From positions 57,497,714 to 57,535,190 of the forward strand of contig NC_068989.1 in the NCBI RefSeq assembly GCF_001194135.2: a stretch of DNA of 37,477 nucleotides. Direction: 5' to 3'. This DNA comes from Octopus bimaculoides (lineage: Eukaryota). A model generated the notes under the pieces. It saw only the letters and a program-made list of their open reading frames with translations, ran no database searches and had not been told where the DNA came from. Both the position numbers and the translations under genes were made by a program. Numbering within the stretch: the first letter of the stretch is position 1; the number at the start of each line of letters is the position of its first letter. Below, piece by piece: positions 1 through 12,739 of this stretch.

Positions 1-47
<47 letters not shown>

Positions 48-50
48 ATA
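1..50. repeat. (TA)n microsatellite
   Basis: Direct tandem TA at the window start. Confidence 0.95.
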
Positions 51-54
51 TATC

Positions 55-110
55 ACGGTGGTGCACCAGCATGACCGCAGCCACTTGGCTGAAACACATA
101 AATAAATAAA
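55..110 (+). mobile_element. SINE family A, 3' terminal fragment
   Basis: 'ggtgcaccagcatgaccgcagcc...gctgaaacacataaataaataaa' matches the 3' ends of the copies at 12900-12950 and 27585-27625. Confidence 0.7.
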
Positions 111-574
111 TATATATAATGGTGGGTGGACGTTGGCAAACTGTTCGATCCATTATTAATGTTTTAGAGAAGAGAGGTGTTAGCGAGTTGGCTGATCCAT
201 TCTGCTGTTAAGCAGCGTTGACGAAGTAAAGAACAAAAACAATTGTTTTGTGTGATAGAGAATATACTTCAACCTATATCCCTCCTATATAACTATTTCT
301 GCATATTAAGACGAATTGTGTATAGGACGTGATACTGTATAGTGTACGCTCACAATATTGTATGCACATACTGTACTGGGTACAGTTGCAATATTATATA
401 TGTGTACAGATATAAAATTGTAATTATATATTGACATAAAACTGTATTGCCTTTCTGATAAAACATTCTATTATGTACAAACTTGATACTGTGATTGCAC
501 GCATATACGATATCGTAATTGCATAGAGATATAATGTTGTAATTGTGTATAGCCGTAATATTATGACTGTCTAT

Positions 575-735
575 CGGATGGTAAGAAATATACTTGACTG
601 CTTCACAACTACAAGGTTCTAGGTTCAGTCCCGCTACATGGCAACTTGAGTAAGTGTCTTCTACAATAGCCTCGGGTCAACCAAAGCCATGTGAATAGAT
701 TTGATAGACAGAAATTGAAAGAAGCTTGTTGTATA
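575..735 (+). mobile_element. SINE family A, 5' half (tRNA-type head and body)
   Basis: B-box-like 'ggttcagtccc' and the end 'aaattgaaagaagcttgttgtata' align with the copy at 27283-27390 ('ggttcaatccc', 'aaactgaaagaagcccatcgtata'). Confidence 0.75.
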
Positions 736-781
736 CTTACCACACAGCCACTCCTGTACCTATAGCCACTCCTGCACCTAT
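736..781 (-). mobile_element. Inverted SINE family A head with an 18-bp internal duplication
   Basis: Reverse complement reads 'aggtgcaggagtggctat aggtacaggagtggctgtgtggtaag', similar to the head at 27283 'aggcgcaggtgtgggtatgtggaaag'. Confidence 0.55.
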
Positions 782-785
782 ATAT

Positions 786-1294
786 NNNNNNNNNNNNNNN
801 NNNNNNNNNNNNNNNNNNNNNNNNNNNNNNNNNNNNNNNNNNNNNNNNNNNNNNNNNNNNNNNNNNNNNNNNNNNNNNNNNNNNNNNNNNNNNNNNNNNN
901 NNNNNNNNNNNNNNNNNNNNNNNNNNNNNNNNNNNNNNNNNNNNNNNNNNNNNNNNNNNNNNNNNNNNNNNNNNNNNNNNNNNNNNNNNNNNNNNNNNNN
1001 NNNNNNNNNNNNNNNNNNNNNNNNNNNNNNNNNNNNNNNNNNNNNNNNNNNNNNNNNNNNNNNNNNNNNNNNNNNNNNNNNNNNNNNNNNNNNNNNNNNN
1101 NNNNNNNNNNNNNNNNNNNNNNNNNNNNNNNNNNNNNNNNNNNNNNNNNNNNNNNNNNNNNNNNNNNNNNNNNNNNNNNNNNNNNNNNNNNNNNNNNNNN
1201 NNNNNNNNNNNNNNNNNNNNNNNNNNNNNNNNNNNNNNNNNNNNNNNNNNNNNNNNNNNNNNNNNNNNNNNNNNNNNNNNNNNNNNNNNNNNNN
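786..1294. other. Assembly gap (representative; other large gaps at 2429-2760, 12300-12686, 22273-22840, 25328-25721, 28225-28360, 30601-31310, 36299-36430)
   Basis: N-runs, mostly flanked by (TA)n/(TG)n. Confidence 0.98.
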
Positions 1295-2202
1295 TATATA
1301 TATACAGAGAGAGGAGAGGAGAGTATTGTTGACTTCAGCACAAAAATATGTCGCCACTTCCTGAAAGGTTACTTTATTTTTTTATTATTATGGAACTAAA
1401 GAGAAGACGCTGACCATTTGCTATTTGTTACACAATTTTCTGGCGCCCTTCTAATGCATAGATATATAGAAGTATATATTGCTTAGTTGTAGTAATTAGA
1501 TTTGTATACGTGTAGATCATAAATTATATTATCTATTGGTTACGATAACAATAATCATGTGCGAGCCCTTGCAGGTTTGGTCGATATTCGTTCCAACTCA
1601 TTAGAGAACACCGACTAAAGTTTTGGCTGAGATGTGGGGGGAGGGCGTAGTTACAAAGATTCTCGAGGATAAGAGATATAGAAAATAATACGTGAATAAA
1701 GAAAAATAAAGAAAGACTGCTAAAATGTTGAGGAAAAAAGACTAAGAATTTATCATAGGACTTGTGTAGCTGTTTCTAGAGATATACAATGATATTAAGT
1801 GAAGTAATGATATATCTTGATAATATATGTCAGTTTAAGCGTATGTAAGGTTTCGGAGGATATCAGACATAAATTTTGTTGTTTTTGTTTTTTGTTTTAG
1901 AAAAAAGACAAAAAATCTGCCGAATTGACATTTTGTATTATTTCCTGTACCGAAGTCACTGACATTTCTATATATTTTACGTGTTTGTAATGTTTTTGCC
2001 CCCGCTAACTGTGACATTCATTTTAAAGTCATCTGATAAAAATCGAACAACGATACAATGACGTTAAATAATAAAGAATGTAGTTTCATAAAGATATAAA
2101 TACGGTGTATGTATTATATACGTGTAGATATAAAATGAAAATATATACAGAGATACGCATACAGAAACAGACATACAAAATGTATTTGAAATAACAAAAT
2201 TA

Positions 2203-2207
2203 CTCTA

Positions 2208-2280
<73 letters not shown>
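2203..2280. repeat. (CT)n(CA)n compound microsatellite
   Basis: Direct tandem repeats. Confidence 0.95.
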
Positions 2281-2328
2281 TGCGTTCGCTCACATACACA
2301 CATATACGCATGCACATACAAACGTGTT

Positions 2329-2425
2329 ATGTTTTAGTAAAAAGCTGACTGTACCGAGTGTACACTCATTTCGGTTGCTTTGAAACGAGCGCACATCTGC
2401 TGTAGTTAGCATTTTACTAAAATGC
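2329..2425. repeat. ~95-bp imperfect palindrome (possible small MITE)
   Basis: Left arm 'gttttagtaaaaagctgactgta...tgtacactcatttc' pairs with right arm 'gaaacgagcgcaca...tgtagttagcattttactaaaa' around a 9-nt loop. Confidence 0.6.
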
Positions 2426-4759
2426 AATNNNNNNNNNNNNNNNNNNNNNNNNNNNNNNNNNNNNNNNNNNNNNNNNNNNNNNNNNNNNNNNNNNNNNNNN
2501 NNNNNNNNNNNNNNNNNNNNNNNNNNNNNNNNNNNNNNNNNNNNNNNNNNNNNNNNNNNNNNNNNNNNNNNNNNNNNNNNNNNNNNNNNNNNNNNNNNNN
2601 NNNNNNNNNNNNNNNNNNNNNNNNNNNNNNNNNNNNNNNNNNNNNNNNNNNNNNNNNNNNNNNNNNNNNNNNNNNNNNNNNNNNNNNNNNNNNNNNNNNN
2701 NNNNNNNNNNNNNNNNNNNNNNNNNNNNNNNNNNNNNNNNNNNNNNNNNNNNNNNNNNNNAAATAGTCCAAAGGGATAACTATTATGTATTCCGATAACA
2801 AAGTCGATATGATGGGTTTGCTAAATGTTGTAATGCTGTGCATGACAAATTTTCAATTTTTAAAAAAGTTTTCGTGGACAGAGAAGGGGAACTATAACCT
2901 AACGGTGACTGTTAACAACTCTGAGTGAGGAGGGGAGATAATTTCGAGAACTTTCGAATAATTTTCAATGAATTAACATGATGGGAAATATGAACAATTT
3001 GATATTCAATTCCGAGCCAAAGGAAAGGTAAGAGAACAGCCCCTAAGCCAAGAAACTAAGACTGGCCTTTTACCAACTGTGGGGAATTTATTGCAATAAA
3101 TGTAGTTATGATCAACAATATAGCGCAAATTGTACCTGTCGGAAAATTGATCAAAATACATGCAATAATATAATCACGTGATATTATACTTTCGCAATGA
3201 CCGGCCATACTGAAATCGAATAAAGCAACATTACTGGACAAAAAATTAAATCCGGGACCAAAAAGAGAAAGCGTACTGTTTCAAAGAGGAAGGATGAAAC
3301 AGGAAAAGCTAGGGCTAAAAGCTATGCAAAATAACTAACTTCACAGAATTTTTTTTTTTTTTTTTTTAATGATCTGATTTTTCGTTGAGCTCAACTTAGT
3401 CATTGTGATACTAATTGGTTTAACTCAAAAGTTAGAAAAAGTCAAATGATATTAACTGTTTTTACCATGACTACAATCGTACTGGAACAACGCATAACAC
3501 TATCCTGCCGATCATGCTACTACAATCAATATGTTTCTACTGACTGATTCAGTAAGTTACAGACGTTGAATTGAAATTACTCTAGAACTGAAGAGAATTC
3601 TGCATGAAACACTCAGAATCATTGTGATTCTGTCAAATGTGTTGTTAACTAATTTACTTCATCAACATAACTACTGATAGAGTAGCTTCATTATGCCCAG
3701 TTTCTTGCAATGCTGTTTTGCAAAATATGTAGTGTATAAATTTAATTGCAAGACATTTGCATCGGCCATAGCGCAGGAGCTATCTTAACTTGTCTTGCTC
3801 TAAGTTAAATAAATGTGTTTGAGCTCAAATTTGAACAGGATAGCTCCAAATTAATGAGTTGTCCATTAGATAGTTTGGGATATGTCATGCTATTGTTTTT
3901 TTTGTTTTTTTTTCTCTCGAAATTCATCATTGGAGGGCACTTGACATCAATCATATAGCTTTGCCAGATCTGTTACAAGAGAAGCAGAAACTACGTACAG
4001 TAGCAAAGACATTGATGAAATACTGAATATGAAAGTCATTTTGAAATCATTAAATAAGATAAGAGATCAGATATCGCAGAATAGCTCCCTTGTTCGGTGT
4101 ATTACTGCCTTTCTTACCGCCATAATAAGCCGACTCCCCGTATAAAACAAGCTGGACAGAAGCTATTACATATATTATCCTACAACTGAGAATTATAACT
4201 GTGTGCTCGACTGCTTTTCTTTGATGACATTAAAGGAGTAAATTTAATGTAAAACGTCTTCAACTTCAAAAATGGTGTAATTTTTTTTGAATACGTATAG
4301 CAGTGCCAAAAAGGTGATTTCACTGACAGTGGGGTAACATAAAAGTGATTGCATTTGGAAATAAATTACCACGACGATTAAGTATACTTGATCAGGAGGA
4401 TTATAAAGGGCAACGAGAAATTCCTAATTTTTGCATCCATGATGATGTAAATGAATGAGTTAAACAGTATTGTAACTGAGTATTTTAAATGCTTAGTTCT
4501 GTATGTCCTCTAGAAAGTGGGGTTTTGGGGTTTTGTTTTTTTTCATAGAATCCAGATCTGTATATTATTGTATATTTACAAGTTAGTGTCACTGCAATGC
4601 TGAACCAGATTATTGTCAATTACCTCAATTACCCTATACCAAGTCATATTCGAACGACTTGCGTTAGAAACTTTGGTTGAATAGAGCATAAGAAAATGAA
4701 AAAGGACAGAGGCACAAAGCCACCGGAATGATTATCGCTAATAAAAGACAGAAAACATC

Positions 4760-5210
4760 GGCATTTATTCACTGTAATTGATGTCGAAAACCTTCTAACT
4801 GATATCATGGAAGATGATGGCATATTAGTTGCAAAGGTGAAACATTACAAGGTAGATCAGAAGCAATTTTAAAAGCAACCACTGACTTGACAGGCATCAG
4901 AGGAGTCCTATTTAAAGAGATAAAATCCTACAATGCCGAAAGTTAATATCGGGAGAGTGCCTTAATGTCTTTCATACAATAAAGAGACAAAAGAGGCGTT
5001 CTGCAGTTGAAGCTGCAATTCCCTGTGGTAACGTGTCAGTTGTACATAAGACAATTGATAATAATAAAATCTATTAAACTGAATGATGTAAAAGAACTTC
5101 TGACACGCATCAAAATCTCAGTGGAAGTAACATTCAATCGTAATATTAAAGCTGTAATATTGGAATATGCTGATGACGCCAATGGTGAGTCAGAATACAT
5201 ATTTCAATGT
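4760..5210 (+). mobile_element. Highly decayed non-LTR reverse transcriptase remnant
   Basis: In-frame 'KRGVLQ' (4989-5006) followed ~55 aa later by 'LEYADDA', the order of the RT GVxQG and YADD motifs; a weaker 'IDVE' D-motif-like stretch lies upstream. Confidence 0.45.
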
Positions 5211-6842
5211 CTTTCGTTTTTGTTGTTGAAAGTTTTGAATAGATGCATTATAGCCATGTTATAATAATGCTTTCTATAATAACACTACTTTCTTCCTTAT
5301 AGTACTTATTTATTAACCAAAAGTGCAGTAAGTACTTTCTGTAATAAAAGAACTTAAGTTTCACTTTGGCTCAAAATTTTACAAGTCCACAAATGTTTTC
5401 CCCACTACGTTAAAAAAACAATTCTAATGAAGTTGAACAATTAACAATGTAGGCAATTGTTCTTTATGAGTGAATCGAAATATTTATTTTGGAACCATCG
5501 ACCAAAATTCAATTACAGACTTCATTCAAATATAGGTCTTAGCTAAAGCGCATTCAGTTTCGTATGGCTAAAACACTTTTAGAATCTGTGTCTTGGATTG
5601 GGGTTTGCACATGGGTTTTCTCATGTGATTCGTTCGTCATTGGAAGTGTATAATATATACTTCCACTACATTAGCTTAATTCTAGTACATTATTATAAAA
5701 GTTATAGAACCGTAGGCCGCTTAAAAGTTGTCAAATAAAGTAAACGTATTCTTTTACTTCATCGAGCAAGTTGTTTGATGACGCTTGATGCATGATTGAA
5801 TTTCGAGTGTGCTCATTGATAAACAGTTTGGTTTTCCAAATGGCTCATGTGATTTCATATGATGATCCGTGGCTATACATTGTGATTGTGTTTCTGGATT
5901 CATATTGTTCTATGTATCGTTGTAATGTTTGGTTTTGTAGTGTTATCGTGTTCTATAGCAAAACTAGTTGTTTGCTTCGGGTGAATTTATTGTTGTTGCT
6001 TGATCTTATTGACAATAATGAAATGATCGTATAAAAATAATAACTTCATCTTTATTCAATGACGGACATTTCTATGATTTGATGGTGGGTTTCGATTCAT
6101 TTTTTTGTTACTGTTGTTATTTTCTTTTCCATAAATACAAACCATCTATTTTCATGCATTTAATTTCGCTTTCCGCTTTCTCGATTAAACTTTTCAATAT
6201 AAGCATTCCAAGTGGCATATGTTTTCATCGAGATATTTTGCTAAATAACTAGATCGCTATCACCTGGAGATTCCGAGCAGGTTCCCAGTATATTTTCTAT
6301 CGAATCCGGATCAAGCCAACTAAGATGTCTCCACGTAGTCGTTCGATCTACATGAAATAGCATTAGAGACCTTCTTCAAAACACATTCTACCGTCTTAAA
6401 AAACGATTTATTAGATAGCGTAGTCGGGGGTGCCTAATGCTTGATAAAATAAGGGATTCACAGAACTGAAAACTCTACTCAATTAAACAGCAACAACAAG
6501 TATTTCCGTCGAGTTTACGATGATGCTACCTGACCCTTGAGTATAACTTTACGGAGAGTAAGGAAAATTTAGTGGATAATTTCCTCCTTTCTCTCTGTCT
6601 CTGTCTCTCTCTCCGCTGACTAAACATTAAAAAGAATTAACATTTTAAATGATAGGAAATGTTTTAGGTGGAAGATGGGTCGGAAATGCATATTTTAATA
6701 TAGGTTCAAGAAAAACAGAGTCATAATTAAAAATATTGGATTTTTTACGAGCTGCATAAATGAAGTCGAATAGCTTCAACCAAGAATAAAACCAGGATTA
6801 TGGATTTCGTTCGATAGGAACTTCTGTTTCGATAGAGAAATA

Positions 6843-7031
6843 CAGGGTGTGGTAAAAGAACCTCTCAGATTCATATTCCTAGATAAACATTTCAACAGAA
6901 AAAGCACGGTGTGCACCGTTCCAAACTGAAAAAATAAAAGGAGTAAAAGTTACATGAAGACACTGTTGCCACCTTCCTAAGTAGCATGGTGCGGCAGAAA
7001 AACTTGCTATAAGTCTTTTTGTCACAGCCTG
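6843..7031. mobile_element. Tc1/mariner-type MITE (~190 bp)
   Basis: TA flanks at 6841-42 and 7032-33; left end CAGGGTGTGGTAAAAGAACCT vs reverse-complemented right end CAGGCTGTGACAAAAAGACTT (15/21 identical by eye). Confidence 0.55.
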
Positions 7032-8039
7032 TATAACAATTTCTCATTGAAGTTGAATGCAAAAACAAAAAGTACCTTCAGGAAATTGTAGGGTTGACTG
7101 TAACAACTCGAAATATACCTTTTATTTTATTAACTCCAGGTTTGAAGTGGAAACAAATAATTGTGGAGTTGGAAATTCAGAGTGATTGCTTCAGTAAATT
7201 TAAACCGTACGAGCGGTAAATCTATCGCATTCGTACTAATAGCTTGATCCTTAAGATCTCAAGAACGACAAGACTGGTAGCGTCTTCCTACTTAGACTCT
7301 TAAAGTAACTATTTGTTTTCTTCACTCTGGTCATGGTAAAAGTTTAACGATGACGACCTTTGCTTAGAATTAGAACATTAAATGAGTGAACCTTCATTTA
7401 GTGATTTAGCGTAATAATGGATACTATATTTGCCACAAGGGTTACAGCTAAGGAACGCTTAGATACATAAAATCATAATAATGCTATAACAACTATTCAG
7501 AATTATCCAAGGTGTAATTATCACTCTTTAGGAAACAAAATTCTTTGGGTCTCGATTGCGAACCGAAACACTAAAATGAAAACTTGAGTAGTCTTCTGTC
7601 TCAACCGGGGAAAAGCTTGTTCTCTATTTCTATATTTTAGGAGTGTTCAATGTGGGTTTAAATTGTTAATTCACTGGCTATAGTTTCTAGTATTAGGTAA
7701 GCGGCGAGTGAAAATGAGAATGATCTTGCTAATATTTATTTAAGTTTTCATACATTTTTATTAACCTATATCGTTTATATTTACATGTATACAAATATTT
7801 GGTTTAATGAAATAGCATTCATGATATAAACTTAATTGTTAAAGATTTTTGTCATACAACATGCTAGATAATATTATGAAAGTAGTTCATAGTTTTTGGA
7901 AATAGAATAAATAGAAAGAGTTAGTATTACTGCATATGAGTAATGTGTGTATGATCCAACATTTCAACTCAAGGTCGGTACCTTTGTCGCACACAACACA
8001 AGCATGTTAAGTAAGGAAAAGTAGAAGAGAGCGAGAGAC

Positions 8040-8345
8040 CATCGAATTGGGCAAAGTGACATAGTACCCTACGGAATACTGAGCGATTCTATTTGAAAGG
8101 GAATTCGCCAACATTTTATAACTGTAATGAAAAGTTTCTGTAACTTTCGATCGCGTCATTTGGCGGGAAAACTCGTACACTTCTTTTGAAGTTCTCCGCG
8201 TCAACCATAGCAAGTCAGCCAATGCTGATTGGTCGAACCATATTCGCGTAGGTGTTAATACCTTTTATTGTGATACAAGTCGTGGTCCAGAGCAGCGAAA
8301 CCTGAGAGCGATGGTTCAGAATTCAGTAGGAGTCTCGCTACGAAT
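8040..8345. promoter_or_regulatory. Candidate promoter: CpG-rich island with E2F, CCAAT and CHR-like motifs
   Basis: TTTGGCGGGAAAA at 8159-8171 (TTTCCCGC on the minus strand); CCAAT at 8219-8223; ATTGG at 8228-8232 and 8046-8050; TTTGAA at 8092-8097 and 8185-8190; high local CpG; no second copy seen in the window. Confidence 0.5.
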
Positions 8346-8432
8346 GCATTCTTTTGTGAATAATGAAGGAGCTTTATCTTTTATGAGATTCAGAGGTTTA
8401 ATTAGAAGGGTTATCCACAGTTAGACCTCACC

Positions 8433-8474
8433 ATGAATGATTTAGCCAAAATCACGTTAGTTCTTGTTCCCAAG
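8433..8474 (+). CDS. Possible first coding exon (MNDLAKITLVLVPK), unverified
   Basis: Kozak-like 'caccATGa', 14 open codons and a strong donor 'aag|gtgagg' ~200 bp downstream of the promoter-like motifs; peptide not recognised; no downstream exon identified. Confidence 0.2.
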
Positions 8475-8763
8475 GTGAGGAACTGATTTCTGGTTTTAAA
8501 ATATGTATTAGCCATGTCGATTGTGTTGTAGAGTACGAGCAGTAGAATCGATAGTTCGAACCCAGTTACCAGCTATAAAGCATTCTCTAAACACATGAAT
8601 CCACTTACCTCTAGATATGAGCTACATGATTAAACAGCTCACAGATCTAAGTAACGCGGGTTCGAATGCAACTAGTCTTTCATTAATTGGTGGTACTGAG
8701 TTCATCTTCTTCCGTAGGTGTTGCGTGAATTTAAAAAATGTTTCACAGACTAGCCTACATTAG

Positions 8764-9025
8764 ATTTTATTTATTTATGTGCCATTTTAAAGCCTAGACA
8801 GGCTCATGGGCCCGGTTTCTATGGCGTATGTGTTCCCCCCAGCTGGACGGGATGCCAGTCCATCGCAGCGTTACTCAAGAAACAGGAGGAAAGTGTGAGA
8901 GAAAGTTGGGGCGAAAGAGTACAACAGGGGTCGCCACCACCCCCTGCAGGAGCCTCGTGGAGCTTTAGGTGTTTTCGCTCAATAAACACACACAACGCCC
9001 GGTCTTGGAATCGAAACCGCGATCC
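8764..9025 (-). mobile_element. SINE family C, 5'-truncated
   Basis: 8910-9025 aligns closely with 28750-28866; B-box-like 'ggtttcgattcc' on the minus strand; (ATAA)n tail at 8764-8778. Confidence 0.75.
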
Positions 9026-9316
9026 ACCGACATTAGATACATTCTGTAAATACAAAGTTTTCGCTGTTAACTGCTGTGTGCCAATGGGTTATAGGACTTA
9101 GTGACAGGTTAATGATGTCATTACTTTTTTCTGTGTGTGGTATCTTCATAAAATTGAGGTAATATTTCTATGTAGATATATGCCAGTCCGCCTTCACTAA
9201 CTCTGTATAATAATCTCAAGAAATAATTATGTAATATCCAACAGCCTTCTCCTTTCAACCATCATTACCATCATCATAACCAATAATAATAGGGATTTAA
9301 TTATCCAAATTTCCAA

Positions 9317-9705
9317 GGTAGCGAGCTGGCAGAATCGTTAGCACGCCGGGCAAAATGTCAAGCGGCATTTCTTCCGGCTCTTTACGTTCTGAGTTCAAAT
9401 TCCGCTGATGTCGACCTTGCCTTTCGTCCTTTCGGTATCGATAAAATAAATACCAGTTGATCACTAAGATCGATGTAATCGACAAGCCTCCTCCTTCGAA
9501 ATTAAAATGCTAGCCTTATGCCAAACTTTGAAACCAGTATTTCGTTTGTCTTTGCATCCTGAGTTCAAATCCCGCCGATGTCGACCTTGTTTTTTATCCT
9601 TTCGGGTCTATAAAATAAGTAACTAGTCGAGTACTGGGGAAGATGTAATCAACTAGACCCTTCTCCTATATTTTAAGGCCTTGTACCTATAGTAGAAAGG
9701 ATTAT
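9317..9705 (+). mobile_element. Two tandem SINE family B copies (full 9317-9540, partial 9545-9705)
   Basis: A-box-like 'tggcagaatcg', B-box-like 'gagttcaaat', body 'cctttcgg..tcgataaaataa.taccagttga...tcgatgtaatcgac'; same family as 16377-17525 and 34920-35135. Confidence 0.8.
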
Positions 9706-10364
9706 CAACATCTCCATCTCTGCCACCACCACCACCATAACCTGTGGTGCAACCACCACCACCACCATAACCTGTGGTGCAACCACCACCACCACCACTA
9801 TTACTATAGTTATAACTACTACTATTACTACCACCACCAACAACATAAACAGTGATACAACTACCACAACCATTATCACTATTATCACGAATATAACAAC
9901 AACAACCACCTTAACTATTAATACTAGCAATACTACTACCAGTACCATCACCATAACCAATGGTACAGATACCACAACCACCACTTTAACACAACTACCA
10001 CCACTACTACGTTTAGCATTAATGCAACCACTTCCGCTGTTATGATTGATTATAACAGCTACCACTACATGTACTAGCACCAGTACCACTATAACTCGTA
10101 ATATAACTATCACAACTATTACTAGAGCCACTACCTTAACCAATGAGACAATTACCACTGCTACCACCCACACTGTCACGAGTTTCATCACACTAACACC
10201 CACACCTAATCCTTATCCCTCCACCCGCCCACCCATGATAAACGCTATAATCTAAATTGATATCACCACCACTGCTACCACCACTACCTAGCCTACCACC
10301 ACCAAAAACACTACTACCAATACTGTTGGCTTCATTATTATTATTTATTATCATTATCATTATT

Positions 10365-10400
<36 letters not shown>

Positions 10401-10564
10401 GAGAAATGCTACAACAATTGACAGCTACCAACACCATCATCATCATCGTTGTCATTATAGCCGTTATCATCAGCATTATCATCAATATCACCAACACCAC
10501 CAACACCACCATCGCTAACCTTGTCATCACCTGCATCACCACTACCACCACCGCCACCATCATC

Positions 10565-10596
<32 letters not shown>

Positions 10597-11900
10597 CACC
10601 ATCATCATCATCGTCGTCATCGTCGTCATCATCATCATCATCATCATTATTATTATTATTATAATTATTATTATTATTCATAACACCTGCTGCTGCTGCT
10701 GCTACTACTACCGCTACAATTCCAGCATTCACTACCACAACTACCACCACTTTTATAATTAGTCCTCCTCCTCCTCNNNNNNNNNNNNNNNNNNNNNNNN
10801 NNNNNNNNNNACGTCACCAGCACTCCCATTCTTTGCTACTACAACCATCACCACAGCAACCATCGCCACTACTACCACTACTGTCGCTAATATCACCACC
10901 TCCGCCACCACCACCACCACCACAACCATCACCGACACCGCTTCTTTTACTAACGTCACCAGCACTCCCATTCTTTGCTACTACAACCATCACCACAGCA
11001 ACCATCGCCACTACTACCACTACTGTCGCTAATATCACCACCTCCGCCACCACCACCACCACCAGTAGTACCACTAACACAACTACCAGTACCATTACCG
11101 CAACTGCTGATTATCATCACCACCACCACTACTACTACTACTACCGCCACCGCCACAACCACCACCGCCACCGTCACAACCGTCACCACTAATAACACCA
11201 CTGCCACAACCACCACTACTACTACTACCGCCACCACCACCAACAAAACAACAGCACAACCACGGCTACTACCCCCACTGCTTCAACCACCACCACCACT
11301 ACCACCTCTACTACTACAAGTACCACAAGTATAATCCCACCAACAAAAACACAACCACCACCGCCACAAATAAATACTACCACAGATACCACTACCACCA
11401 CCACTGCACCGACTACTAATACTAATATTACTACAAGCATAGTCTCCACCACCATTACCAATACAACCACCACCGCCACCGTCGCCTTTACCAATACTAA
11501 TACCATTATCATGACTACCATCATCACCACCACCGTCACCGCCACGACCATTACTATGACCATCACTACCGCCACCACCACCACCACCATCATCGCCGTC
11601 GCCACCACAGCTATAGATGTAACCAGAACTACCGCAACTGCTATTGTTTTAATACCAACAACTGCTACACCATCAGCATCAGCTGCAACTTCCCTACTTC
11701 TGGCAACTGCTACTGCATCACTGTCGTTATTATTACATCACTGCCGCTACTGCGCTAATACTGTCATCGTTGATGTCATTGACAATGACACCGAAGCTGC
11801 TGCTGCTGCTATTACTGCTACTGCCGCTACCGCTGCTGCACCTGTTGCTGCTGCTGGTGGTGGTGATACTACTTTTAATAGTAGTTTTGTTTGTTGTTAT
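9706..11900. repeat. ~2.2-kb degenerate compound trinucleotide tract (ACC/ACT/ATC/ATT/GCT/CCT)
   Basis: Triplet periodicity throughout, very low G on the + strand, frame slips and stops; contains a 30-bp tandem (9724-9790) and a ~110-bp duplication (10811 and 10953). Confidence 0.9.
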
Positions 11901-12162
11901 TGCAATAAACAAACAGATTGCTAAGTTCACACACCACGTGAGCTGCAATATAGACTATTTATTAGTTGAACACATAAATAACAATATTTTTGAAATTCGT
12001 TTATATATTTGCTTCATCACGATCACATCTATTCTATTTTTGTCTCTTATTAACGAACACTGCTTTTTTTGTTTTTTACTTTGTTTCTTTGGACATCTAT
12101 TTAAATGTCTGTCTTTGCTTACCTGTTTAACTATGTACCTGACCATCAATTTGCCTATCTAT

Positions 12163-12195
<33 letters not shown>

Positions 12196-12264
12196 GCATG
12201 TATATATGCATGGATGTATGTATATATGTATAACAGATATAGATATGCAGATATAAAAATCATG

Positions 12265-12299
<35 letters not shown>

Positions 12300-12739
12300 N
12301 NNNNNNNNNNNNNNNNNNNNNNNNNNNNNNNNNNNNNNNNNNNNNNNNNNNNNNNNNNNNNNNNNNNNNNNNNNNNNNNNNNNNNNNNNNNNNNNNNNNN
12401 NNNNNNNNNNNNNNNNNNNNNNNNNNNNNNNNNNNNNNNNNNNNNNNNNNNNNNNNNNNNNNNNNNNNNNNNNNNNNNNNNNNNNNNNNNNNNNNNNNNN
12501 NNNNNNNNNNNNNNNNNNNNNNNNNNNNNNNNNNNNNNNNNNNNNNNNNNNNNNNNNNNNNNNNNNNNNNNNNNNNNNNNNNNNNNNNNNNNNNNNNNNN
12601 NNNNNNNNNNNNNNNNNNNNNNNNNNNNNNNNNNNNNNNNNNNNNNNNNNNNNNNNNNNNNNNNNNNNNNNNNNNNNNNNNNNNNNATATATATATATAT
12701 ATATATGGGGGGAGGGTGTATGCGTGCGTGTGTGAGTGT

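Noticed and set aside
3950-4460. Possible decayed transposase or other coding remnant
   Set aside because: Short open stretches with no recognisable motif
6320-6460. Possible additional decayed SINE
   Set aside because: Resemblance is from memory only; there is no second copy in the window to support it
8007-8222. 71-aa minus-strand ORF across the promoter-like region
   Set aside because: No recognisable protein features; length is within chance expectation
8600-8612. Perfect minus-strand donor AG|GTAAGT, and a plus-strand donor at ~7696
   Set aside because: The adjacent sequence has stops and no clear acceptor; such 8-mers are expected by chance at this window size
9673-12735. Long Val-, Thr-, Ile-, Asp- or Leu-rich ORFs on both strands
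   Set aside because: They are products of stop-poor triplet repeats; frames slip, and there are no domain motifs or splice context
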